A stretch of 64,000 nucleotides of DNA from Candidatus Marinacidobacterales bacterium (GCA_965226495.1 OZ245365.1:185403-249402); one strand, 5' to 3'. Shown: positions 6,835 to 16,386, counted from the first letter of the stretch. Program-made: numbers and translations. Notes: a model not told the origin generated them from the letters alone.

Positions 6835-9116
6835 TGGACCTCGATACGCGCCGACGCAAAGCTCGCGGGGATGGCCCCGCCGTCCGGATCGCGGAAACTT
6901 CCCGCGGCACTCACGGTACGTGATCCGGGAGAGGTCGGCTCCAGAACCAGGCGCAGCACATGACCCGAGCCGCGCAGACCCACCGTGTCGCCCTTGCGAG
7001 AGAATTCGACACGGATGCGGCCTTTGTCGACGAACGGTACGAATGAAACTTCTTTGCCATCGATGGAAAGAAAAGGGCCCGGTTGGACTTCGACGACGTC
7101 GAACGCGCTGGCGTCGAACGTGATGTTGATTTCCCCCGAGGATAGGCGTTCGGCCCCGCCGGCGATCAAGGCCAGCTCCACCTTTTGCCCAGGAGATGTT
7201 TGGGTTCGAGGCGGGGTGAAGACGACGGTAATCGGGCCTACGCGAGGCGAGGCCGCGCGTGGCCCCTCGTCGTCTGGAGGCGGCTGGACGTCTTCGCCTA
7301 GAGGGCTAGCCGGGCTCGGCGAGGCCGGTGCCTCAGCCGGAGTCGCGCCCTGCGGTTCGCGGGGTGGTTCTTCCTGGGCCTCTGGCTCTCCGAAAGGCGA
7401 CGGCCTGGCTCCCGGTACGCGGATGGCTTGCTCGGTTCCAATGGGGAGCGAAAGCAGGTCCTCTACGGTCACGCGGGGTGCGCGGACGATTTGCGGGGTC
7501 ACGGAGAAAACGACATCTTGTTGAGACGACTCGTGCCGATTGCCTGCAAAGATCTTGTTCAAAATAGGCGTATCAACGACTCCAGGCAATCCTGCAATCG
7601 TCCGACGATCCTCCTCGCTGATCAGTCCTCCGATCATGGTCGTCTCGCCGTCCCTCAAGCGGACGGTGTTATTCACCTGGCGTAGTCCAAAAACCGGCAG
7701 GTCGATGCCGGCGATGGTCCTGGTGTCTAGTTGCGCGCTGGTCTCTAGGGACAGCTGCAGCTCGATCTCACCGTTCACGAAAACCTTGGGTGTGATCTCG
7801 ACGTTGATGCCTACGTTTCGGTACTGGAACGACGTTACCGGCGTGTTCGGCACGCCACCGGTTCCTATCTGGGACACGAAGGAGGTTACGGGCACCGGTA
7901 CCTCCTGGCCTAGATTCAGTCGGGCTGGCTGGCCTTCCATCGCTCGGAGCTTGGGCGATGCCAGAATGCGCACCTCGCCGCTGGATTTGAATAGCCGATA
8001 CATGGCAGAGGACGGAAACGTGACCGTCCAATCGGATGAATCGAGGGAGGCGAGGCGGTTCAACCGAAACGTCGTTTTACCGTCTTGCAGTGTCGAGCCT
8101 CCCGGCGCCAGCGTCATCCCGATCTCGTACTCGGAAGCCCTAAGCCCGAACTCCAATAGCTTGTTCCGGTTGACCTCCAAAATCTCGATGTTGAGGATGA
8201 TCTCCGACTTGCTCTTGTCGTTGAGCTCCACGATCCGTTCCGCCACCGCCACTTGGTCCGGTGTGGCGCGCACGGTGATGGCTTTGAGCTCCGGGTTGGG
8301 CTGCACACGCTGGATGCCGGCGATGGTGCGCAGCATGTTGGCAATGGTATTGACTTCGGCGTTGGTGATGAAGAACGTGCGCAAGACGAGGTCGTCGTAC
8401 TGGCGATGTTTTTGTGCGTTGTCGGGGACGACGATGATCGTCGAGGGATCCACGACCTTGTAGAACAGGCGATAGATCAAGACGAGCTTGTCGAGCGCTT
8501 CGTGAAAGGAAACGTCCACCAAGTTGATGGTCACCCGTTTGTCCCGGAAGGCCTCGTCGAACAGGATGTTGATCCCGGAAAGAGTCGAGAGCACCTCGAA
8601 GATCTTCTGAAGACTCGTGTCCTGAGCGAATCGCAAATTGATGGGGGCGGAGGAGGATGGCTCCAGCACCGGCTGTGTGGCGCGGAGCTGCCGGGCTTGG
8701 GCGCGGCGTTGTTGGAAGCTGGACGCTTCGTCTCTTCTCGCCTCCCGCTCGGACAAGGCGCGGCGTGCCTCGGTGAGTTGATCCTGGGCGTACTTGTTGG
8801 AGGGATCCAGCTGGGCGGCGAGCATGAATTCCTCAATCGCCTTTTCCAGATCCTGGCTCGCAAGGTGCTTGCGCGCTTCCTTGACGTGGAAATTGGCGGA
8901 CTCGATGAGCGACCGCTCGAGCGCCATGCGGTACTCGATGTTGTCCGGGTCCTCGCGAACCGCCCGGGTGTAGTGCACGACCGCGGCGTCCCAGTTGTCT
9001 TGCTGGGCTTGCTGGTTGCCGCTCTTGAAGGCGCTCTTGGACGCGCTACAGCCAGCGAGCCAAACCAGAATGCCTGCCACCAGGAGCAGCCTGGATGGTC
9101 TGGACCTGCTCTTCAT
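6831..9116 (-). CDS. secretin (GspD/PilQ family) with an N-terminal lipoprotein signal + TPR region and a C-terminal Pro-rich linker + cohesin-like beta-sandwich
   Basis: LVWLAGCSAS is a lipobox and a TPR-like region follows. Secretin-core motifs are RILASPKLRAMEGQPARLNLGQEVPV, FQYRNVGINVEITPKV and TVRLRDGETTMIGGLISEEDRRTIAGLPGVVDTPILNKIF. About 200 extra residues follow the core. Confidence 0.9.
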   Translation of the reverse strand: MKSRSRPSRLLLVAGILVWLAGCSASKSAFKSGNQQAQQDNWDAAVVHYTRAVREDPDNIEYRMALERSLIESANFHVKEARKHLASQDLEKAIEEFMLAAQLDPSNKYAQDQLTEARRALSEREARRDEASSFQQRRAQARQLRATQPVLEPSSSAPINLRFAQDTSLQKIFEVLSTLSGINILFDEAFRDKRVTINLVDVSFHEALDKLVLIYRLFYKVVDPSTIIVVPDNAQKHRQYDDLVLRTFFITNAEVNTIANMLRTIAGIQRVQPNPELKAITVRATPDQVAVAERIVELNDKSKSEIILNIEILEVNRNKLLEFGLRASEYEIGMTLAPGGSTLQDGKTTFRLNRLASLDSSDWTVTFPSSAMYRLFKSSGEVRILASPKLRAMEGQPARLNLGQEVPVPVTSFVSQIGTGGVPNTPVTSFQYRNVGINVEITPKVFVNGEIELQLSLETSAQLDTRTIAGIDLPVFGLRQVNNTVRLRDGETTMIGGLISEEDRRTIAGLPGVVDTPILNKIFAGNRHESSQQDVVFSVTPQIVRAPRVTVEDLLSLPIGTEQAIRVPGARPSPFGEPEAQEEPPREPQGATPAEAPASPSPASPLGEDVQPPPDDEGPRAASPRVGPITVVFTPPRTQTSPGQKVELALIAGGAERLSSGEINITFDASAFDVVEVQPGPFLSIDGKEVSFVPFVDKGRIRVEFSRKGDTVGLRGSGHVLRLVLEPTSPGSRTVSAAGSFRDPDGGAIPASFASARIEVQ

Positions 9117-9130
9117 TTAATAAGAGCCTC

Positions 9131-9694
9131 TCAATTGGATCGAAGGGGGATGCGCTGCGTTTGATCGGAGCCCGGCACCCCCAGCGTCACCGACTCGAGA
9201 CCGATTTGGACAATTTTGTAGCGATTGGCCACTAGATCTCCCTCGGCTCCAGTTAGTATCTCCTGCCCATCGAGAAAAACAGCATATTTCTTTTTTTCTC
9301 CCGCCTTCGTTCTCGTTTCCACAAAGCCCGCGAACTTGAGGTCGATGCGCGCCGGTGCGGTGGTCCGAGGGGGAGCGGGTTGCGTCGTGCGCGTCGGCGT
9401 CGTGCGCGTCGGCCTCGGGGTCGGTCGGGGAGGAGTGTCGCTCACCGGCGGTGGCCCATAGTCGAAGAGGTTTCGACCTCTCCCGGCATACTCCGGGATT
9501 TCGGTCAAGAGTCCGGCGAGATCCACCGATTCCTTGACGTCTCCCACCTTACCCTTTCGTGATCGGCGCGAGTTGTTGCGGGAGGCAGGCGAGCCCGACT
9601 GCCCCGTGTCCGGAGCCTCGCCGCATCCTGCGAGAGCGCCAAGCAAGACGACGGAGAGGACGATGCCAGGCCTTTTCATGTTCTTCGCTGTCAT
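9131..9694 (-). CDS. PilP/GspC-like lipoprotein
   Basis: It has the lipobox LGALAGCGE and a Pro/Thr/Arg-rich linker. The C-terminal domain LKFAGFVETRTKAGEKKKYAVFLDGQEILTGAEGDLVANRYKIVQIGLESVTL is PilP-like. Confidence 0.5.
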   Translation of the reverse strand: MTAKNMKRPGIVLSVVLLGALAGCGEAPDTGQSGSPASRNNSRRSRKGKVGDVKESVDLAGLLTEIPEYAGRGRNLFDYGPPPVSDTPPRPTPRPTRTTPTRTTQPAPPRTTAPARIDLKFAGFVETRTKAGEKKKYAVFLDGQEILTGAEGDLVANRYKIVQIGLESVTLGVPGSDQTQRIPLRSN

Positions 9695-10150
9695 CTACCA
9701 CTCGTTGTATGGAAGGCCGTGCGAGCCGATGCGGTTCGAAAAACTCCGCACGTCATAGACACCGGGCTCTTGGTCCGGTTGTTCCGAATCGTACTCCGCG
9801 AAGATCTCCTCCCACTGGTTGCTCTCGGTCATTGGATCGCGCGGAAGCTCCTTTAAATACTTGGCATCGACCAACGCTTCGAGGGAGGCCGGATATTCAT
9901 CCCGGTCCGCTCTGTACTGGTCGATTCGGTCACGGAGGGTGGCCAGATTGTGCTCCAACACCGACTCTTTGGTAGCAAGGACCTGGGCCCGGTAAACCGG
10001 TATCGCGATCGATATCAGGATGCCCAAGAGCGTAATGACCATCACCAGCTCGACGAACGTAAAGCCACGGTTCTTACCAGTCACTGTATTTCGTCCCGTC
10101 GAGCGCCGTTCCTGCGCTGGCCGTGTACACATCGTAGATGTTTTGCCCAC
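9695..10150 (-). CDS. GspG-like major pseudopilin (copy B)
   Basis: It has the prepilin motif G-FTFVELVMVITLLGILISIAIP, then LATLRDRIDQYRADRDEYPASLEALVDAKYLKELPRDPMT, and ends YNEW. The real start is probably the GTG at 10084 (VTGKNRGFTFVEL), because the ORF-track start overlaps the upstream gene by 77 nt. Confidence 0.8.
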   Translation of the reverse strand: MGKTSTMCTRPAQERRSTGRNTVTGKNRGFTFVELVMVITLLGILISIAIPVYRAQVLATKESVLEHNLATLRDRIDQYRADRDEYPASLEALVDAKYLKELPRDPMTESNQWEEIFAEYDSEQPDQEPGVYDVRSFSNRIGSHGLPYNEW

Positions 10151-10592
10151 CCCAGATCGTGGAGTCGGGCTCGTCCTGATACGAGCGGAGTCCCCATTCC
10201 GTAGAGTGCGTCATGGGATCGATGGGAATACGCCTAAGGAACTTCAGCTTTTTGTCGATCGCTCCAACTTGAGACACCCCGTCGACCAAGATCTCCAATT
10301 CCTTGGGATAACCCTCGCTTCCTAACTGGACGTCGTTTCCGCCGATGAGACCGAGGTCGACCGCTTGTTTGAAATTGTCGATGGCGTCCCGCATGATGCG
10401 CAGGTCGCGTCTCAGCTCGACCTCTTTGGCCCGCTTGGCGGTGACCTCGGCGACCGGTATTATCGCCGCCGCCAGTATCGCCAAGATGAAAGTGGCGATC
10501 ACCAACTCCAAGTACGTAAAGCCTCGTTCTCGCCTCATCGTCCAGTAGACGCCGGCCCCTCGCTCGGCTTCAGAAAAAAGGCCACGTCGCAT
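10074..10592 (-). CDS. GspG-like major pseudopilin (copy A)
   Basis: It has the prepilin motif G-FTYLELVIATFILAILAAAIIP with Glu at +5, followed by a GspG-like body. It ends YSDW. Confidence 0.8.
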   Translation of the reverse strand: MRRGLFSEAERGAGVYWTMRRERGFTYLELVIATFILAILAAAIIPVAEVTAKRAKEVELRRDLRIMRDAIDNFKQAVDLGLIGGNDVQLGSEGYPKELEILVDGVSQVGAIDKKLKFLRRIPIDPMTHSTEWGLRSYQDEPDSTIWGGQNIYDVYTASAGTALDGTKYSDW

Positions 10593-11125
10593 CTCAATGC
10601 CAGTTGTCCCTCGTTGGCGTCCCGGAGCGCGATCTCACGCACTAGGAAGAACCGTTCCGACCGTTCCATGAGATTGACGAAACGCAATAGATTGAAGTAA
10701 GACCCCTCGAGCGGCATCCTGACTTTCATTTCGCTCAGTCCAACCGGGAGCACATCCTCGGAGTAGGAGGTTCGACCGCGCGCCACGCCGGTCTGCTTTG
10801 CCAGACGATCGAGCTCGGCCACCGCGTCGGTCAAGCCGGGAGTACGCGGTTGGACGACTTCGGACCAAAATTCTTCCGCGACGGCATCGTTTCTCGCAAT
10901 GCGCTCCTGCTCGGTTCGAAGGTCGTCGAGTGCGGTCTGGCGAGACACTAACTCCCCGGTAAGCGATGTTTCCTCTTTGGCCAGACGCTCCTGCTTAGTC
11001 GCCAACCGGTAGGTCACCACCCCGTAGACCACTAGGTTGGCGAGAGCCAGGCTTACGAGCGACAGATAGAATCGTCGTTTCTGCCAGAACGGGCGGAGAT
11101 CCAATCCGGCGGTCGTCTCCGTCAC
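10535..11125 (-). CDS. PilO/GspM-like bitopic assembly protein
   Basis: 196 aa with a single TM (FYLSLVSLALANLVVYGVV) and a coiled coil. It sits between the PilN-like gene and the pseudopilins. Confidence 0.55.
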   Translation of the reverse strand: MTETTAGLDLRPFWQKRRFYLSLVSLALANLVVYGVVTYRLATKQERLAKEETSLTGELVSRQTALDDLRTEQERIARNDAVAEEFWSEVVQPRTPGLTDAVAELDRLAKQTGVARGRTSYSEDVLPVGLSEMKVRMPLEGSYFNLLRFVNLMERSERFFLVREIALRDANEGQLALRCDVAFFLKPSEGPASTGR

Positions 11126-11847
11126 CGTTCCTCCAGCGCTTCGCTCGCAGAGCCCGTCGGGGCATCTTCTTCGATGGCGTCATCGTCAGTTTCTTCGGCT
11201 TCCGCCGGGTCAGGCTCTTCGGCTTCCGCCGGCTCGGCATTTTCTACAGGCTCTTCAGTTTTACTCGGGGGCGCGTCTTCTTCAGCAAGATAGCGCAGTG
11301 TGACGGTCGCCGCCACCTCGCCGCCTTCTTTCTGCAGCGCTTCGCTGACCGGCATGACCGTACCGAAGTAGCGGTTTTCCTCGAGACTTTGGACGAGCTC
11401 CAAGAGGTCTGCCAGGGAGCGGCCGATCGTCATCAGCTTCACCTCGATCACTCCTCTTGCCGCACTCGGGGAGATGGAAGTGATGCGGACGTTTCGGGGA
11501 ACCACTTCCTCCAACTGGTTGAACAGCTCGGTCCAAGAAAAGCCTTTTTGGCGGTAGACGTCCGCGAGAAACTCGATGCGTTGGGTCATCAACTCGTTTC
11601 GTTGCGCCCGAAGCTCTGACCTGGTGCCAGAAATGTCGGTGTCCAAGCTGGTGAGCTGCTCCCCCATGGATTGGACCTTGAGATCGAGGTCTTCCGCTTC
11701 CCGCAGTAGGTAGCGAGTGAGGACCACGCCGTGCCATAAGGTGGCCGCCACGAGGCTCACCGCCGCGATCCCGAAAAGGAGCTGGGGGAGACGCTCGTTA
11801 CGAAATCCGACCTTTGCGAAGTTGAGGGGCGAGTCCGTCGTCTTCAT
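11122..11847 (-). CDS. PilN-like bitopic assembly protein with an acidic tail
   Basis: 241 aa with a single TM (LLFGIAAVSLVAATLWHGVVL), a coiled coil and an E/A/P-rich C-terminus. It has a 4-nt overlap with the downstream gene. Confidence 0.55.
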   Translation of the reverse strand: MKTTDSPLNFAKVGFRNERLPQLLFGIAAVSLVAATLWHGVVLTRYLLREAEDLDLKVQSMGEQLTSLDTDISGTRSELRAQRNELMTQRIEFLADVYRQKGFSWTELFNQLEEVVPRNVRITSISPSAARGVIEVKLMTIGRSLADLLELVQSLEENRYFGTVMPVSEALQKEGGEVAATVTLRYLAEEDAPPSKTEEPVENAEPAEAEEPDPAEAEETDDDAIEEDAPTGSASEALEER

Positions 11848-11852
11848 CAGGG

Positions 11853-12863
11853 TCAGGCCGCCTTTCCCCGCGCGACGCCGGATGCGGCACCGGCCGCCGT
11901 GGCCAGCGGCTCGGCCACCGTCAGGTGGCTGCCGACCGTCACCGCTCGATGGAGATCGAACGGCTCGGCGGGCACCTCGAACTGATCCTCGAGCAATTCG
12001 GCCAGGTCTCCGAGGTCGAGACGCAGGGAGCGGTAATAGATTCTGGCTAGAGAGTCGCCCCCCAGCTTTTCCTTGTAATAAATGAGAGTGGAAAGAAGCT
12101 CTCTGAGGATTCCTTCAATCTGGTAGCTCGGTGCTTTTGGAGACACCAAGCCCTCGGCATCGAGCAGGGGGGAGCGGTGTCCCACGGTGCGCATGAGAAC
12201 CGGCTGGTTACGGTTCCGGACGAGGGTCAATGTGAAATAGGTCTCTTCGAGGTTGAGAAAGAGATAGTCTTGCTCCGGCGTCAAACTCTCAGCGACCACA
12301 CCCTCCCAGAGCTTGAGCAGGCTGAGTGATGAGGTCTCGATGACCCCCAGGTGGAATCCGAGCCCATCGAACAGTGTCTCGTATTGGCTGACGACCTCCT
12401 CGTGCAAGACGCCGGTGAGGAAGCTGGGGTTGGTGCCGGGAACAGGTTGGAAGGCCAGCCTGGCTTCACTCACCTCGAAGGGGAGCGCCTTCTTCATCCG
12501 GAAACGGAGTAGCTCTTCGGCTTCGGCCCGGGAACGAGGATTCTCGGGCAGCTCCTGTACCGAGATGCGGGCCAGAATGTCGGGCAGCGTAAGGCCCAGG
12601 CGGTTGCCCTGGATGCCGGCCTCTTCGAAGAGATTTCCGAGGAAATTGCCGAGCGCCTCGGTTTCGCTAAGGTTTGGGCTGAGCATCGAGAAGTCGACGA
12701 CTCCTGACGGGAGAGGGGCCCGCAGGCAAAGGTTCATCTCGCCGCTTCCGTTGTCACCGAAACGGGCGACGATAATTTCGCCGGGGCGAAACTCTACTCC
12801 CACTCCGGGTGGCTCCGGCTCCAGGAGCCATCGCTTTAGCTGACTAAGTCGGTGTTTAGACAA
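11853..12863 (-). CDS. PilM/GspL-like actin-fold assembly protein
   Basis: 336 aa. The N-terminal pattern VGVEFRPGEIIVARF...LTLPDILARISVQELP...LLRFRMKKALPF resembles PilM. It has an 8-nt overlap with the ATPase gene. Confidence 0.6.
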   Translation of the reverse strand: MSKHRLSQLKRWLLEPEPPGVGVEFRPGEIIVARFGDNGSGEMNLCLRAPLPSGVVDFSMLSPNLSETEALGNFLGNLFEEAGIQGNRLGLTLPDILARISVQELPENPRSRAEAEELLRFRMKKALPFEVSEARLAFQPVPGTNPSFLTGVLHEEVVSQYETLFDGLGFHLGVIETSSLSLLKLWEGVVAESLTPEQDYLFLNLEETYFTLTLVRNRNQPVLMRTVGHRSPLLDAEGLVSPKAPSYQIEGILRELLSTLIYYKEKLGGDSLARIYYRSLRLDLGDLAELLEDQFEVPAEPFDLHRAVTVGSHLTVAEPLATAAGAASGVARGKAA

Positions 12864-14508
12864 ATGTAACCTTGTTGATCTCTTCCAGCGTGGTCAGTCC
12901 ATCGAAGGCCTTGGCCAAAGCCGATTCACGCAAGAAGATCATGCCCTCCTCCTTGGCGGCCCGCTTGATATCGGTGCTCGGCCTTCGGTCGATGAGCATC
13001 TCCCTGATGTTGTCAGAGAGATCTAGCAACTCACAGATCGCCTGGCGTCCCTTGTACCCGGTACCGTTACATTGCAGGCAGCCCTCGCCCCGAAAGAACT
13101 CGTGGTCCCGGTAGCGCTCCGGATCCAAACCCGATTCCTCGAGTAGCTCGCGGGGAGCCTGAACCCCGGTTCGGCACGCGGGGCAGATGGTGCGGCACAA
13201 CCGTTGTGCGAGGATGCAGTTCAGGGCGGAGACGAAGTTGTACGCTTCCACGCCCATGTTCAAGAAACGTCCAACCACGTCGAGGACGTTATTAGCGTGA
13301 ACGGTGGTGAAGACCAGGTGTCCGGTAAGGGCCGATTGGATGGCGACCTGCGCCGTGTCCGAATCGCGGATCTCTCCGACCATGATCTTGTCCGGGTCGT
13401 GGCGGAGAATGGAGCGGAGGCCGCGCGCGAAGGTGAGGCCCTTCTTCTCGTTGACCGGGATCTGCGTGATACCCTTGAGCTGGTACTCCACGGGATCTTC
13501 GATGGTGACGATCTTGTCCTCCTCGTTGTAGATCTCGGAAAGCGCCGCATAGAGAGTGGTGGTCTTGCCGCTCCCGGTGGGTCCCGTCACCAGCACCATT
13601 CCATAGGGCTCGCGGATGAAATGGCGAATGCGTTTGACCTCACTTTCCGAGAAGCCCAAGATGTCCAGCCGCAGCTCCGCGAACTGCTCGTTGATGGACT
13701 CCTTGTCCAAGATTCGGATCACCGCGTCTTCCCCATGGATGCTGGGCATGATGGAAACGCGGAAGTCGATGCTGCGACCCTTCACCTTCAAGCGGAATCG
13801 GCCGTCCTGCGGCACGCGTTTCTCTGCCACGTCGAGCTCGGCCATGACCTTGATGCGGCTGGTGATCTCCGAGTGTTGTGCCTTGGTGAGTGGTTTCATG
13901 GCCCGCTGTAGAACGCCATCGATACGGTACTTGATGACGACCTCTTCGTCTCGGGTCTCGATGTGGATGTCGGAGGCGCGCTTGGTCAGCGCGTTGTAGA
14001 TCGTGGAATCCACGAGTCGGATGATAGGGCTCGAGGTGTCGGTCAGCCGGTCGATGGATAGGGTTTCCTCGCTATCCTCGTCATCCCGGACGATTTGCAT
14101 GGTGAAGCTTTCCGAGGCCTCTTCCAAGACGCGTTGAGCGCTTTGGCTCCTCTTGAGGAGCTCCTGGATAGCGGACTCGGTGCCCACTGAGGCGCGGATG
14201 GGTGTCTTCAAGAGCAAAGAAATTTCGTCCAACACCGGTACGTTCGTGGGATCGGACGTGACGACGACCAGGTTGTCGTTCTCCTTCCGGTAGGGCAGGA
14301 AGTTGTAGCGAAACATCAGCTCTACCGGAACACTCCGAAAAAGATCGTGATCGGGCTGAAAGTGCTCGAGATCGACGTACTGCAACCGGCATCGGGCAGC
14401 GAGATCCTTGGCCTGCTGAATCTCTGCCGCCTTTGCTTCCTCCGGCGTTTGGTTGGGATCCACCTCGAGCTGCGTGGAAGGCTTCTCCGCGTTGGGCTCT
14501 CTCACCAT
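12856..14508 (-). CDS. GspE/PilB-family secretion ATPase
   Basis: It has a T2SSE_N-like N-terminus, Walker A GPTGSGKTTT and Walker B/Asp box IMVGEIRD. The tetracysteine motif CPACR...CLQCNGTGYKGR is also present. Confidence 0.95.
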   Translation of the reverse strand: MVREPNAEKPSTQLEVDPNQTPEEAKAAEIQQAKDLAARCRLQYVDLEHFQPDHDLFRSVPVELMFRYNFLPYRKENDNLVVVTSDPTNVPVLDEISLLLKTPIRASVGTESAIQELLKRSQSAQRVLEEASESFTMQIVRDDEDSEETLSIDRLTDTSSPIIRLVDSTIYNALTKRASDIHIETRDEEVVIKYRIDGVLQRAMKPLTKAQHSEITSRIKVMAELDVAEKRVPQDGRFRLKVKGRSIDFRVSIMPSIHGEDAVIRILDKESINEQFAELRLDILGFSESEVKRIRHFIREPYGMVLVTGPTGSGKTTTLYAALSEIYNEEDKIVTIEDPVEYQLKGITQIPVNEKKGLTFARGLRSILRHDPDKIMVGEIRDSDTAQVAIQSALTGHLVFTTVHANNVLDVVGRFLNMGVEAYNFVSALNCILAQRLCRTICPACRTGVQAPRELLEESGLDPERYRDHEFFRGEGCLQCNGTGYKGRQAICELLDLSDNIREMLIDRRPSTDIKRAAKEEGMIFLRESALAKAFDGLTTLEEINKVTFV

Positions 14509-14518
14509 TTGCTGGACC

Positions 14519-15733
14519 TCAGTGCATGACGCCGGCTAGACCGAAAAGGGGCAGGTAAAGGGCCAATAGGATCAAGGCCACGAACCCTCCCATCACGACG
14601 AGCATTACCGGTGTCAGCATGGCCATCATGATATTCAGTCGATGGTCGATCTCCTCGTCGCTGAAGTCGGCGACCGAACCCATCATGTCCGCCAGGCTCC
14701 CGGTGCTCTCCCCGACTTTGGCCATTTCGACGACCATGTTGGAAAATTGACCGGTCCCCTCGAGACTCGCGGCAAAAGACTTGCCTTCCCGGACCCGATC
14801 CGAGACCGGCTTCACCGCCTGCCCGAGGAAGCGGTTGGCGATCGATCCGGCCGAAATCTCGATCGACTGTACGAGCGGGATGCCGCCGGCGAGTAGGGTC
14901 GAGATCGAACGCGTCAGTTGGGACGTTGCGAAGAGGCGGAGGAGCTGGCCGAAATAGGGAAGTTTCAGCTTCGTGTGATCGATCTTCGCTTTTGCGCTTT
15001 CTTGACGAGACCAGACGTAGAAAGCAGTGCCACCAACCACGAGAGCGAGCACGATGAACCCAATATTCGCGCGCACGAAGTTTGCGAACCAAAGCAGGCC
15101 GAGCGTGAGGGGGGGTAGGTCGGCACCGAAATTTTCGAAGAACCCGCCGAACGTAGGTACGACGTGGAAGAGGAGCACCGACGCCGCCAACACGAGGACC
15201 GTGGAGAGGAAGGCCGGATAGATGAGTGCCCCGGCCACTTTTTTTCTGGTACCTTCGGTGAGCTTCATGTATTGGACGTAGCGGCGAATAACCCCTTCCA
15301 GGCTACCGCTTTTTTCTCCCGCCAAGAGGGAAGCCGAGTAGATGCGCGGGAACATATCGCCGTGGGAGGCGAAGGCCTCGGACAAAGAGATCCCGCCTTT
15401 GACTTTATCGCGAACGTCGGTGAGCACTCCGCGCAGCTGGGGGTTCTTCATCCTCTCGAGCATGATGTTCAGCGACTGGAGCAAGGGCAGGCCCGCCTTC
15501 AATAGCGCCGCGAGCTCCTGGTTGAAAATGATGAACTCGGTGGACTTGATCCGCCCGGGGCCGCGCCGGAACGCGGACAAGAGCGGGCCCAAGCCGAAGG
15601 AACGGCGTACCGAGAAAATATGGTATCCGCTCTCCGCCAGCTCGCGTCTGACCGAACCTTCATCGTCGGCACGGAGCGCGATTTCTCTAATGTCGCCGCT
15701 GCTCGTACCGACTTTGCAAGTGAATTGGCTCAT
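14519..15733 (-). CDS. GspF/PilC-family inner-membrane platform protein
   Basis: 404 aa. It shows the duplicated T2SSF architecture and three TM segments typical of the family. Confidence 0.95.
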   Translation of the reverse strand: MSQFTCKVGTSSGDIREIALRADDEGSVRRELAESGYHIFSVRRSFGLGPLLSAFRRGPGRIKSTEFIIFNQELAALLKAGLPLLQSLNIMLERMKNPQLRGVLTDVRDKVKGGISLSEAFASHGDMFPRIYSASLLAGEKSGSLEGVIRRYVQYMKLTEGTRKKVAGALIYPAFLSTVLVLAASVLLFHVVPTFGGFFENFGADLPPLTLGLLWFANFVRANIGFIVLALVVGGTAFYVWSRQESAKAKIDHTKLKLPYFGQLLRLFATSQLTRSISTLLAGGIPLVQSIEISAGSIANRFLGQAVKPVSDRVREGKSFAASLEGTGQFSNMVVEMAKVGESTGSLADMMGSVADFSDEEIDHRLNIMMAMLTPVMLVVMGGFVALILLALYLPLFGLAGVMH

Positions 15734-15909
15734 CGGGACGTGCGTGGCGGTCGACTAGCGACCATTACTCCTGTTCCTTCCGAAGTTTACGAGGATGCAC
15801 TCGCGGTTTATTATAGCACAGACCACTCGGTGGCACCGGGAGCGCCCCTTTGCGGTTGGAGCGATAAGTCATCACAATGGAATCCTTTACAGTCAGGAGC
15901 ACCCTTCGG

Positions 15910-16386
15910 ATGGCAGATAAATCGAGCGACCAGGCCGTTAAAATCGTAGCCGTGAACCGCAAGGCCGGTCACGACTACCATTTGACGGACCGTTTCGAGG
16001 CTGGCTTGGTGCTTCAAGGTACCGAGGTCAAGGCCGCCCGCGAAGGGAGAGTGAACTTGAAAGATAGCTACGCGGCGGAGAAAAACGGAGAGCTTTATCT
16101 AATGCAGTGTCATATCAGTCCTTATTCCCACGCATTCTACGAGAACCACGATGCGCTGCGGCCTCGAAAACTGCTGCTCCATCGTAGGGAGATCCGCCAG
16201 CTCATGGGCAAGATCTCACAGCGGGGGCTCACGCTTATACCCACCCGCATGTACTTTCTCAGGGGGCGATTGAAAGTGGAGCTGGCGCTCGCCAAAGGCA
16301 AGAAGCATTACGATCAGCGTGCCGCGTTACGGGAGAGGGAATCGAAGCGGGAAGTGCAGGCGGCGCTGAAGGAGCGAAACCGCTAG
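15910..16386 (+). CDS. smpB: SsrA-binding protein SmpB
   Basis: VAVNRKAGHDYHLTDRFEAGLVLQGTEVKAAREGRVNLKDSY is the SmpB signature. I prefer the ATG at 15910 (MADKSS...), preceded by AGGAG, to the ORF-track start at 15877. Confidence 0.95.
   Translation: MADKSSDQAVKIVAVNRKAGHDYHLTDRFEAGLVLQGTEVKAAREGRVNLKDSYAAEKNGELYLMQCHISPYSHAFYENHDALRPRKLLLHRREIRQLMGKISQRGLTLIPTRMYFLRGRLKVELALAKGKKHYDQRAALRERESKREVQAALKERNR

Noticed and set aside
6074-9164. Plus-strand ORFs 6074-7123 (349 aa), 7540-8463 (307 aa) and 8253-9164 (303 aa).
   Set aside because: They are antisense to the Big/IPT gene and the secretin gene, both of which have clear family motifs.
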